Source: an uncultured Desulfosarcina sp. (lineage in GTDB: Bacteria; Desulfobacterota; Desulfobacteria; Desulfobacterales; Desulfosarcinaceae). Taken from it: 64,000 bases of DNA. The notes beneath the pieces are model-generated. The model worked only from the letters and a program-made list of their open reading frames with translations, ran no database searches and was not told the DNA's origin. A program made the translations under genes and the position numbers. The first letter of the stretch is position 1. Each line of letters starts with the position of its first letter. Where the stretch lies: assembly GCA_963674945.2 (NCBI GenBank), contig CAXXWQ010000004.1, positions 1,824,001 to 1,888,000 on the forward strand, given 5' to 3'. Positions 1 to 8,419 of the stretch are shown here, piece after piece.

Positions 1-60
1 GCGTTTTGTTTGGCCGCGGCCAGATTTAAAAACCTGCAACACCACTTTTTGCTCCACCAC
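1..60 (-). CDS. Possible 5' end of a gene running off the left edge, divergent from the cassette array (position expected for an integron integrase)
   Basis: Minus strand: GAGGAG 7 nt upstream of GTG at 60, open to the edge (MVEQKVVLQVFKSGRGQTKR). Only 20 codons are visible, so identity cannot be determined. Confidence 0.3.
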   Translation of the reverse strand, partial: MVEQKVVLQVFKSGRGQTKR

Positions 61-251
61 TGCGGCTCTCCTCGCAGCGTTCCAGATCCAAAATATAGAA
101 TAATTACCGTTTCCAGATCTACCGATAACCTATAGTGCACACGAATATGAAAAATGAAAAATAGGGCAAAGATATCCTAATATTGCAGTATCTGCATAGT
201 ATTTAATCAGTTTTACAATATCCTTGTATTTGCCAGTTTGGTTAAGAATGG

Positions 252-320
252 CTAAAACGACCAAAATACAGGCACTTTGGAACGAAAACAAGCTCACTGT
301 ATGATATTAATGTTTTGCTT
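252..320 (+). other. attI-like or divergent attC-like recombination site preceding cassette 1
   Basis: GTTTTGCTT (312-320) is 8/9 complementary to AAGCATAAC (3888-3896) at the far end of the cassette. CTAAAAC lies at 252-258, and ATACAG/CTGTAT form internal inverted hexamers. Confidence 0.5.
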
Positions 321-395
321 AAGGAAGTAATTAATGACTTCAATTGCTGATTCGGATGCATACCTAAGGGCTCGCGCAAAAATAAATTCACATTT

Positions 396-1319
396 TCATG
401 GTGAGATCGAATAGTTCCAATTTGGCCGTTGAGTATATCGTCTCAAGTTTATTTGATGCATTTGTTGGTCGGAGACCTTTTTACCTTTACGGTAATTCTT
501 GTTGTTAAGAAAAACGCGGATTTTCAACCCTGTCGCGGTTTTGGTCGAACGAATGAATTTCAACACAGTTTCGTAATCAAGCAAGGGTTGTGCTGCCCAG
601 TTGTTGCTAATGAAAGAAAACATACGGTGTTCGATGGGATTCCACTTGGAGGAACCGGGTGGATAATGACATACTTTGACCTTCAGGCCGAAGCGGCTGC
701 AAAGACGGATCTGCAGCTGCTGTTTCCAAAGCCGGATTCTGTAGCCATTGCTTCCACCACAATCGGCCAGAATGAGCAGACGATCGGCATCAGGATAGTG
801 GCGAGAACCAACTTTTTGCCACCATGTACGGATAGAATCTACGGCAAACTCGGAAGTATCGCGACTGGTGCCAACACATACAAAGCCCTTGTTTTGAATA
901 ATGTCATAGATACCGTATGGGATCGCAACACCATTGGCGTCAGAGGGGAAATCATGATCCAAGACTTTTATCGGTGCTTGGCTCCATCGACGCCCGGCCT
1001 GATGGAACGGTCCTATTAGTTCTCGGCTTTTGGTATCAACACTGATCACGGGCATTCCGTCGGCTTTATAGCAGCGTATCTGGCTGCGAAGATAGCGAAA
1101 CTGTAAATCACGCTGGTGGGGATCGGGTGGTTTACTCTGCCCGGATTCAAGACATTTAAGATTCAAGCGTAGGGAATAGTTCATTTGCTTTAACAATCTA
1201 CCCACTGTTTTGGCCGATACCCGGATGCCGGCACGTTTCAATTGTTGGGCGATTTTTCCTGTGGTCTTGCGTGTCCACTTACACCCACTTACCGGATCAC
1301 CAGCGGTCTCGTGCTCCAT
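396..1319 (-). CDS. ISAzo13-family DDE transposase, catalytic part (probably reached by -1 frameshift from the upstream ORF)
   Basis: Motifs TAGDP..KWT, PVISVDTK, LILADCGGSNG, HYPPGSSKWNPIEHRMFS. Confidence 0.9.
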   Translation of the reverse strand: MEHETAGDPVSGCKWTRKTTGKIAQQLKRAGIRVSAKTVGRLLKQMNYSLRLNLKCLESGQSKPPDPHQRDLQFRYLRSQIRCYKADGMPVISVDTKSRELIGPFHQAGRRWSQAPIKVLDHDFPSDANGVAIPYGIYDIIQNKGFVCVGTSRDTSEFAVDSIRTWWQKVGSRHYPDADRLLILADCGGSNGYRIRLWKQQLQIRLCSRFGLKVKVCHYPPGSSKWNPIEHRMFSFISNNWAAQPLLDYETVLKFIRSTKTATGLKIRVFLNNKNYRKGKKVSDQQMHQINLRRYTQRPNWNYSISP

Positions 1320-1336
1320 GATGACGGCGATGGCGT

Positions 1337-2104
1337 CTATGATTTCGGGCGTTTTTTTTCTTGCAGAAGGCGCCCGCCTCCTGCTGCCCGAACTTTTTGG
1401 GTACTCAAATCGCCGCTGATCAGTTCTTGTCGACCACGTGCTACGGTATGAGGATCCATGCCAAGCAGCGATGCGATGTAGGCGTCACCGCCGTGGCCCA
1501 ACTTTAACGATTCAAGCCCGGCGTATAGCCGGCGTTGGCGTTCATCGAGCATACTGCAAAAAAGAACAATTATGGCCTTGGCCTCTTCTGCGGCCAAGTC
1601 GGGATTGGTTACGATAACAGAAGCCAAGGACTTTTTTAAACGGGATTTGCGAACTTTCTCCTGTCTGCGAGCAACAACGTTTTCAGGAGACAGATAAATG
1701 TAGACAGCCTCGAATTTTTTACGCTGAAGCCGGTTGTCGCGTACCAGTTGGGTCAACGCATGTTTGGTCTTGACGTGCAAAATATCTTTTAGTTCGGCGG
1801 CGCTGTACCCCGCCTCTGATCGGGCAACAAGGGTCTCGGCTGTTTGAAGCAAATTACCGAAACGTGAAAACCAAACATATTTGCAAGACCAAAGGCCAAG
1901 TTTAGAAAATCGCGCAATGCATAAAAGAGTATAAAATTTACCTCGATGCGAATAACTGCTCAGATACTTCAGCTGCGCCAATTTTCGAAACAGCGTTGCT
2001 CGAGCCGGATTTCCAAGCGCCTCTTGAAGTTGATTAAAAGTGGCGATTTTGTGAACACCAAAGAAATCCTTTATGTCTTGGAGATGGTATTTTGTCTTAT
2101 TCAT
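1337..2104 (-). CDS. IS ORF A: extra N-terminal domain plus transposase HTH region
   Basis: C-terminus LDERQRRLYAGLESLKLGHGG...GGGR matches the ISAzo13 transposase N-terminus and ends at an A8 run (1352-1359). Start uncertain (2104 or 2164). Confidence 0.75.
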   Translation of the reverse strand: MNKTKYHLQDIKDFFGVHKIATFNQLQEALGNPARATLFRKLAQLKYLSSYSHRGKFYTLLCIARFSKLGLWSCKYVWFSRFGNLLQTAETLVARSEAGYSAAELKDILHVKTKHALTQLVRDNRLQRKKFEAVYIYLSPENVVARRQEKVRKSRLKKSLASVIVTNPDLAAEEAKAIIVLFCSMLDERQRRLYAGLESLKLGHGGDAYIASLLGMDPHTVARGRQELISGDLSTQKVRAAGGGRLLQEKKRPKS

Positions 2105-3090
2105 AATGATACAATTAGCCCTACAGGTCGATTCTGTCAAGGCCAATGATCTCATTATGAGCAACAGGACAATATATTGCTATTTAGCCAATTATACGGA
2201 TTTGTTGCAAACAACCATAGGATAGTTAATGAGACTATTAGCCTCATAATATGTTAAATTATTTTTGCGCGAGCCCTAAGCTCAGAAAGAATGTTGTCGC
2301 AGCACCAATCTGCGCTCACAATCTTGCAGGGCATGGTAGCTAATCCTGCTATTTCAGAAATAAAATGGTTGGATTTGGCTAGTGGTAGAGGGCAAATCAT
2401 CGCACACTTAAGCAGAAATTTAAGCGACGATGAGAGAAAAAAGATCCACTTCCTAGGTTATGATGTTGATAATGCAAATACTAGAGACGCTGCTCGTATA
2501 TCTCAAAATCTAAAATTATCGAAAGCATCATTTGAAATAGGTGATTTATCAACTTTTCACGAACATTCAACAACGGTTGGCCCCTGGGATTTCTTGACAT
2601 TAACAAATACAATCCATGAAATTTCCACATCTTCTTTTTCTAGAATTATCATAAACTGTCTAACAAGGTTATCCGACAGAGGGTGTCTATTCATTTATGA
2701 TATGGAGAGCTTACCATCCCCCGAGTTGGGGGCAGTGTTGTGGACAGCTCCTGAAATTAGATCAATTCTTACAAAAATCTTTATAGATTTTGGCTGTGAA
2801 AAATACCGACCTTCAGTTGGAACTTGGTCTCATAAGACTTGTGATGGTTGGAACGTTCAAATACAAAGACAACATATTGATTTCCCAGATGGGTATTTAG
2901 AAAGGGCCAACGAAGTCATTGGTTCAACAGCAAGACACATAGAAGAGCTCCTTAAGGATAAATTTCGCCAAGTCACTGGCGCATTAGAAAGCCTCACGAA
3001 ATTTGGATCTGAAACTGGTGAGGAATCCCAGGCAAAGGAAAAACTTCTATTTGATTATTGGGCAATATCTCGTGCCCTGGAGGGAACACG

Positions 3091-3936
3091 ATGAAAAAAA
3101 TATTTATATCACATGGGGAGTATGATTCGAATTTATCTTTTTTCCTCAAGGAAGAATTGATGTCTGAAGGGTTTGAAGTTTTTCAGGCAAACGAAATAAA
3201 TATTGGCAGTGATATTAATAACGAAGTTTTTTCGGCAATTCGTCGTAGTGATATCGTTATCGCAATCATAAAAGAGGCAAGCTCTAATGTAATGTTTGAA
3301 TTGGGCTATGCACTTGGTGCATCTAAAAAAGTTATTCTGGTTGGAGATAAAAGCACAAGAGTACCATTTGATATATCTGCATTGCCAGTAATACATGTGG
3401 ATCCATATGACCGCAGTGCTTTACATGATTTGATTTTCAAACTTAGGAAAGAACCTTCGCTTGTACAAGTTGAAACTGTTCTTAGCCAAGATCCAAGAGA
3501 TGCATTAATTCGGCTGGCAGAAGAACCTAGCTTGATAGATCAAATTCAACCACGGGACTTTGAGGAAATTATCTGTTCGTTCTTCCAGGTAATTGGTTTC
3601 ATGCCAGAAATGTTACCTCCTAGAAATGACGTAGGCTATGACATTCTCTTGAACGATGTCGGGGGCATTGGGAATGTTGTCGTAGAAGTTAAAAAACATA
3701 ATCGCAATAGTCGAACTTCTGTTAGCGAAGTTCAGCGGATTATAGGGGCTTCAGTTATCGAACAAGCTGCAGCGGCAATTCTCATAACATCAGGAGGTTT
3801 TACAAATTCTGCAGTTTATTTTGCAGAGAATGCACCTGTGCCTTTGTTGCTTTTCACAATTGAAGAACTAATCAATGAATCAAAAGAAAGCATAACGAAT
3901 CAATTCAAGCGACGAGAAGAAGCTCAGCGGCGCTGA
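3091..3936 (+). CDS. TIR-like domain fused to Mrr-family (PD-D/ExK) endonuclease, 281 aa
   Basis: GGAGGG RBS and ATGA overlap with the methyltransferase stop. N-term KIFISH..SDIVIAII..SNVMFELGYALG. C-term PRDFEEII..DVGYDI..VEVKK..ILITSGGFT. Confidence 0.85.
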   Translation: MKKIFISHGEYDSNLSFFLKEELMSEGFEVFQANEINIGSDINNEVFSAIRRSDIVIAIIKEASSNVMFELGYALGASKKVILVGDKSTRVPFDISALPVIHVDPYDRSALHDLIFKLRKEPSLVQVETVLSQDPRDALIRLAEEPSLIDQIQPRDFEEIICSFFQVIGFMPEMLPPRNDVGYDILLNDVGGIGNVVVEVKKHNRNSRTSVSEVQRIIGASVIEQAAAAILITSGGFTNSAVYFAENAPVPLLLFTIEELINESKESITNQFKRREEAQRR

Positions 3937-3978
3937 TGCGGCTATCTTTTGACCCGCGCCTGATTTTGGTCGTTTTGA
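3890..3978 (+). other. Integron attC site (89 bp)
   Basis: R'' GCATAAC, 5-nt spacer, L'' AATTCAAG ... L' CCTGATT, 6-nt spacer, R' GTTTTGA. L'' has the expected extra base. The next ATG follows 9 nt later. Confidence 0.8.
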
Positions 3979-4110
3979 TAAAGATTTATGAATAAGAACG
4001 AATGCACACCACCAAAAGATGTTGATTGGAGCGAAATTGAAATCTATAAGCTCGAATTTGAGTATTTAAAGCATCTAACCACAATTTGCACAGGTTCTAT
4101 CTTATTAATA

Positions 4111-5861
4111 CCTAAATTTTGCACGACGAATCATAAATAAGGAAGAAACCATCTGGGAATCCTGTTATAAAGGGAGGTGACATGCTTCCACAATAAAAAC
4201 AGGAGGTACCCAGATGGTAAAATCAAGTAAATCAAAAAGCCGTAAAAACCGCAAGAACAAAGGGTTTAAGAAAAACGCTGCCAAGGCCAGAAAAATCAAC
4301 GCTTCTACGCCGCATGAGACATGCAGCGAGCAACTAAGTCCATTTGGCGGGCTTTTAGCGATGATCAAATTTTTCGATTTGATCGATTTCAAACAAATAT
4401 TTAACTCCACCTATCATGCGCCTGTCCGGCAGCCAAAGCTGGGCCACTATTCGATGGTGGCAGGACTTCTGATGCTACTGTTTATAGGCTTTAACAGAAT
4501 CTGGCATTTTACCTACATCCGACTCGATGCCATGCTGTGTGGATTTTTCCGACTGACAAAGTTGCCGGTGTCGAGCACCTTCTGGCGATACCTTGACAGC
4601 TTGGGAATTAACCAAGCCCAGTCCCTTCAGAAGCTCATGAGCATTCTGCGAGAACGGGTGTGGCAACAACTGGGTTTCAATTATTACCGGATATGCATCG
4701 ATATCGACACCACCGTCGAGACGCTGTACGGCAATCAGCAAGGAGGCAGGAAAGGCCATAACACCAAAAACCGGGGAAAGAAAGGTTACCGTCCGGTGCT
4801 GTGCTTCATTGAGCAGACCCGGGAGTGTCTTATCGGAAAGCTTCGAAAAGGTGAAACACTCAGTGGCAAACAGACCGCTGCCTTTATCCTCCAGACAAAA
4901 TCCCATTTACCCGGTTGTGTTCGCCAAGTCCTGCTGCGGGCCGATGGAGAGTTCCTGAGCTGGGAAAGTGTCCAGACTGCAAGACACTGCGGCTATGACT
5001 TCATCATCGCCAACAAGAGATGCGACCCGCCCTTTGATCCGAGAGGTTGGTATCGGCCCTGGAAACGCAAGGATGTTGAGTATAACAGCTGCGTCTATCA
5101 GCCCCTTGGTTGGGATACCCCGTGCCGGTTTGTGGCCATGCGTATACCGAAAGCCAAATCAACTTCAAACCAGCAAGTGCAATGCCTACTCTTTGAAGAC
5201 GACAACTATACATACCGGATATTCTGCACGAACCTTTCAGGGCCGGCCCATGAGGTGGTCAGCAAGTATGATAAACGCGCTGACGTTGAAAACCTGGTGG
5301 GTGAGGCCAAACGTGAAGGGCTTGAGGCCATCCCATCAGCAAAGTTCAAAAACAATTATGCGTTCTTTCAACTTGTAGTGCTGTCGTATAACATTTGGCG
5401 TTACATCAAGATGCTTGCCGCCATGAGCCAGGACAGAAAAAAGATGCCGCATTTAAAAACGGTGGCATCCAATACAATCCGGATCGCCAGGTTGAAGCTG
5501 CTTTTCATTGCCGCAAAAGTTGTCAAAGATCAAAACCGTGACAAGGTCAAGTTCTCCGTACACGATGCGAGAACGCCCGCGATGATCCATTTTCTCGACT
5601 TCCTGGATCAAGCGCGATTGAAACCGAAGCCGTGGAGACAAGTGGCATGTTGAACGTCTGCGTAACTCGGGAAAATATCATGCAAGAATTTTTTTTCACG
5701 ACAATTTCCTTTGTATATGGGCAGTTAAACGAAACACGTGCAAACCGTATACTTCACACTAAAGGCAACGATCATGTGTTAGAGTAGAAAACGAACTCTT
5801 CGTCATTTTGAAAAAATTGGCCACCGTGGCCAATTAAAGCTAATTGCGTGCAAAATTCAGG
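4111..5861 (+). mobile_element. IS1380-family insertion sequence, 1751 bp
   Basis: Terminal IRs CCTAAATTTTGCACG / CGTGCAAAATTCAGG (14/15) and 5-bp TAATA duplication (4106-4110, 5862-5866). Confidence 0.92.
4214..5653 (+). CDS. IS1380-family DDE transposase
   Basis: AGGAGG RBS; motifs IDIDTT, GYRP, LRADGEF, YDKRADVENLVGEAK. Confidence 0.9.
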   Translation: MVKSSKSKSRKNRKNKGFKKNAAKARKINASTPHETCSEQLSPFGGLLAMIKFFDLIDFKQIFNSTYHAPVRQPKLGHYSMVAGLLMLLFIGFNRIWHFTYIRLDAMLCGFFRLTKLPVSSTFWRYLDSLGINQAQSLQKLMSILRERVWQQLGFNYYRICIDIDTTVETLYGNQQGGRKGHNTKNRGKKGYRPVLCFIEQTRECLIGKLRKGETLSGKQTAAFILQTKSHLPGCVRQVLLRADGEFLSWESVQTARHCGYDFIIANKRCDPPFDPRGWYRPWKRKDVEYNSCVYQPLGWDTPCRFVAMRIPKAKSTSNQQVQCLLFEDDNYTYRIFCTNLSGPAHEVVSKYDKRADVENLVGEAKREGLEAIPSAKFKNNYAFFQLVVLSYNIWRYIKMLAAMSQDRKKMPHLKTVASNTIRIARLKLLFIAAKVVKDQNRDKVKFSVHDARTPAMIHFLDFLDQARLKPKPWRQVAC

Positions 5862-6134
5862 TAATAATTGCCTTTCTTGAAAAATTGTTTAGCAAACCTG
5901 AGTGGAAAGGTGCTGTTGCTGTGGCATTTGTTAGCTTTTTAGGATCAATTATTCTTTGTTCAGTAGCACAGGCACTGATTATTGAGAAAGTGTCGGAAAG
6001 ACAAAGCATTGCGCATAGGAAATCAGTTCAAAATTGGACAATTGGACTGCTTATACTTGCATTAATTGCTTATGTCTCAGGAATAATTTGCCTTGTCGCT
6101 TTTGGGCTAAAAAACCTACTTTAAGGGACTGCAA

Positions 6135-7019
6135 ATGGAAAAAGTTGCTGCTACAGTAAAATTGCATTTCGATGGAGATATTGCTGCTGGTCATCAAATA
6201 CCAATAAGGGTTCTTGGGCAGAGTCTTTTGCATATGCAAAAGGCAATAGATCGTGCATACCTTGATATAAAATATGGTGGTGTTTGGAAAAACGCGAGGA
6301 TGAAATCAGAAGATTACGAAATTTCTGAGTTTATAGCTCAGGCTCCACAAGAAGGTGGGTATATTTTCGATTTTTTTTCAAGCATAAGGGATTCTGCTCG
6401 AATAGTTGACAGGGTTTCATCAGCTATAAATGAGGCTAAAGCTCAAGCTTCTCTACAAATAGAACTCATTAAGGATCAAGCTGTCGATTTGAAACAGAAA
6501 TTAGAAAGCAAGCTAATTAAACCAATTGGCTTTCAAACCTTCTTTCGGAATAAAAACAACGAAATAATAAGAGAATATGGAGATAGATCAATCGCTAAAG
6601 AGATTGATCAAGTGGTTGCACCATTAAGGCAAGATTATTCAGGTGACAGCAATTTGGTATTAGTGCTTGCTGGCACATCGTCACAAAAATTCGAATTTGA
6701 CAGACAAACAAGCAATAGATTCCACCAAGTGGTTGCAAGACGCAACTTGTCAAAGCCCTTGATATACCGTGGGAAATTAAAAGTTTTAGATAAAATTAAT
6801 TTAAGAGGTAAATTTGAAAATACAGAAAACAACAAAATTTCAATAATTCACTTTGGGTGTATTGATGATCTTTTAAAAGCTCATCCTTTTCTGGGTACCG
6901 AAGCTGAGATGGTTTTTATAGGCTCTCCAATAATCGAATTTGGTTCAATCGAACCAAATTCTGGTGATGTATATTTTTTAAATATCGCAAATACAGATGA
7001 TTCGAAAGATGTAGCCTAA
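6135..7019 (+). CDS. Hypothetical protein, 294 aa, second gene of cassette 2
   Basis: Long AT-rich ORF 10 nt after the membrane-protein stop; no family recognised with confidence. Confidence 0.8.
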   Translation: MEKVAATVKLHFDGDIAAGHQIPIRVLGQSLLHMQKAIDRAYLDIKYGGVWKNARMKSEDYEISEFIAQAPQEGGYIFDFFSSIRDSARIVDRVSSAINEAKAQASLQIELIKDQAVDLKQKLESKLIKPIGFQTFFRNKNNEIIREYGDRSIAKEIDQVVAPLRQDYSGDSNLVLVLAGTSSQKFEFDRQTSNRFHQVVARRNLSKPLIYRGKLKVLDKINLRGKFENTENNKISIIHFGCIDDLLKAHPFLGTEAEMVFIGSPIIEFGSIEPNSGDVYFLNIANTDDSKDVA

Positions 7020-7089
7020 AACTTCAATGCCCAAAATGACACTGGTGGAGACGACGAGGACCATGCCGTCTTACAGTTTGTCGTTTGCC
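7014..7089 (+). other. Degenerate attC-like site
   Basis: GCCTAAA-ACTTC-AATG... overlaps the stop codon and ends TTTGTC-GTTTGCC, similar to the end of the first attC. Central GACACTGGT/ACCATGCCGTC pairing; L boxes pair poorly. Confidence 0.4.
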
Positions 7090-7346
7090 ATAAAAATGGA
7101 CCCAAAAACACCGTCAAACAATCTTTGACGTCACCCCCAAAAATCCCCTTGTAAACCAAACGTCAAGCATCGTAAAAAAGACTTATGTCAATTTCAGGCC
7201 CTTAGTTATGTCACCCCCCATCAGGAACGATACGTAGATCAATTGGAATGCATCATGGAATATGCTTTACAGAAAGGCACAAATTCCATAATCTGTTGCC
7301 GACTCATAAAAAATTGCATTATCCCGTCGAAGATACAAAGGAGCGT

Positions 7347-7646
7347 GTGTTGGCGAAAAAAGGCAATCTGCTGGCAAAACTATACGGCGTCGTGGCATTC
7401 GGACTGATGGCCGTGGGTTTCATTGGTTTGTTCAGCCAGAAATTGGGATGGAGAATTCCCATCTTGTCGACGCACATCCTTCCGGCCCTTCATCGCCATG
7501 CCGTGTGGGGGGAAACATTGCGGGGTCGTGCCATCTTATTGGGCGGCGGGGAGTGGTTTTTTCTGATCATGGTCGGCCTCGTGATCTTCGCCGGCCTATT
7601 CACCGCCATACTGCACAAGCTGATTAAATCCATTGATTTAAAGTAA
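7347..7646 (+). CDS. Small membrane protein (two hydrophobic segments)
   Basis: AAGGAG before GTG 7347/TTG 7350 within ORF 7248-7646. Confidence 0.6.
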   Translation: MLAKKGNLLAKLYGVVAFGLMAVGFIGLFSQKLGWRIPILSTHILPALHRHAVWGETLRGRAILLGGGEWFFLIMVGLVIFAGLFTAILHKLIKSIDLK

Positions 7647-7677
7647 AAATCTGGGAATAGATGGCTCAGATTTTGAT

Positions 7678-7703
7678 AACTCCCTTTTGAAAAGAGGGGT
7701 TTT
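7678..7703 (+). terminator. Probable intrinsic terminator hairpin
   Basis: AACTCCCTTTTGAAAAGAGGGGTTTT downstream of the stop at 7646. Confidence 0.45.
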
Positions 7704-7723
7704 CTATCATAAGAACCCACAGT

Positions 7724-7940
7724 AGTCAGAAGCCAGAATTCAGGAGTCAGAACGACTGGTTGTCGCTTTGCTCCCGGAAAAATTCCAAATTACAAGCACC
7801 AAACAAATTCCAACGATCAAATCACAAACGGCAAACAAACCTCGATCTGAAAATTCTATATTCACGGTTGGGTTGTTTGGAATTTGAAAAATTGTTTATT
7901 GGGATTTATTTGTGATTTGGAATTTGATTATTGGGATTTT
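7724..7940. repeat. Heptamer tandem repeats and a long imperfect inverted repeat
   Basis: AGTCAGA-AGCCAGA-ATTCAGG-AGTCAGA (7724-7751). AATTCCA-AATTACA-AGCACCA... (7781-7836) is mirrored by ...TTTGTGA-TTTGGAA-TTTGATT-ATTGGGA (7875-7940). Confidence 0.65.
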
Positions 7941-7954
7941 ATCTGACGAATCCG

Positions 7955-8419
7955 TCAAGCATCCTCGGGAATCAGTACCATTAGCACCTCCCCCCTGGCC
8001 CGGATCTTCCCATCTGCGGAAAGCGAGACATCCACCATCGTCTTTCTCCCTTCACGTTCCCGCACCTTTGCCCTGACTTCCAGTACCGTATCCACCGGTG
8101 TCGGCGCCAGGTAGTCGACTTTCAAAGAGGCGGTAACATATCGGGGCAGGGGCTGCCCCTCTCCTTCACGGCCTTCACTTCGAACCTTGTCGGCCGATGC
8201 GGTTCCGGCGGCGTGACAGTCCATCAACGAGGCAATCAATCCGCCATAAAGATAGTCGGGAAAACCGCCGGTATGATAGGTACGCGGGGTGAAGTGACAC
8301 ACACTCTCTTCTCCATCCCAGTAGCTTTTGATTTGAAGACCATGCTCGTTGAGCCGACCACAACCATAACAATGGGCGTAATTGTCCGGGTAGCGATCCT
8401 GAAATGGTGTCGATGCCAT
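7955..8419 (-). CDS. PaaI-family (hotdog fold) thioesterase
   Basis: CYGCG..N..GL, LYGGLIASLMD, VTASLKVDYLAPTP. Confidence 0.88.
   Translation of the reverse strand: MASTPFQDRYPDNYAHCYGCGRLNEHGLQIKSYWDGEESVCHFTPRTYHTGGFPDYLYGGLIASLMDCHAAGTASADKVRSEGREGEGQPLPRYVTASLKVDYLAPTPVDTVLEVRAKVREREGRKTMVDVSLSADGKIRARGEVLMVLIPEDA

Larger units (their letters stand above)
368..2276 (-). mobile_element. ISAzo13-family insertion sequence, 1909 bp
   Basis: 18-bp perfect terminal IR GGGCTCGCGCAAAAATAA (368-385 / 2259-2276), 3-bp TAA target duplication (365-367, 2277-2279), and a transposase inside. Confidence 0.92.
334..3094 (+). pseudogene. Class I SAM-dependent methyltransferase (282 aa restored), interrupted in codon 12 by an ISAzo13-family element
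   Basis: AAGGAAG then ATG at 334. Removing the IS and one TAA gives MTSIADSDAYLSSER fused in frame to ORF 2291-3094. Motifs: WLDLASGRG, LGYDVD, IGDL, WDFLTLTNTIHEI, RLSDRGCLFIYD. Confidence 0.85.
3988..6124 (+). pseudogene. Small membrane protein (126 aa restored, about 3 TM helices) interrupted after codon 41 by an IS1380-family element
   Basis: 3988-4110 (MNKNEC...TGSILLI) joins in frame to 5867-6124 (IAFLEKLFSKPEWKG...) after removing the IS and one TAATA. Confidence 0.85.

Noticed and set aside
2291..3936. Classical restriction-modification pair
   Set aside because: The methyltransferase lacks DNA-MTase catalytic motifs (DPPY/NPPY/SPPY/PC), and the nuclease is Mrr-type with a TIR-like fusion.
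7830..7881. Third attC (GGCAAAC...GTTTGGA; GGCAAAC complements GTTTGCC at 7083)
   Set aside because: Only 52 bp, without proper L boxes, and better explained as the centre of the heptamer inverted repeat.
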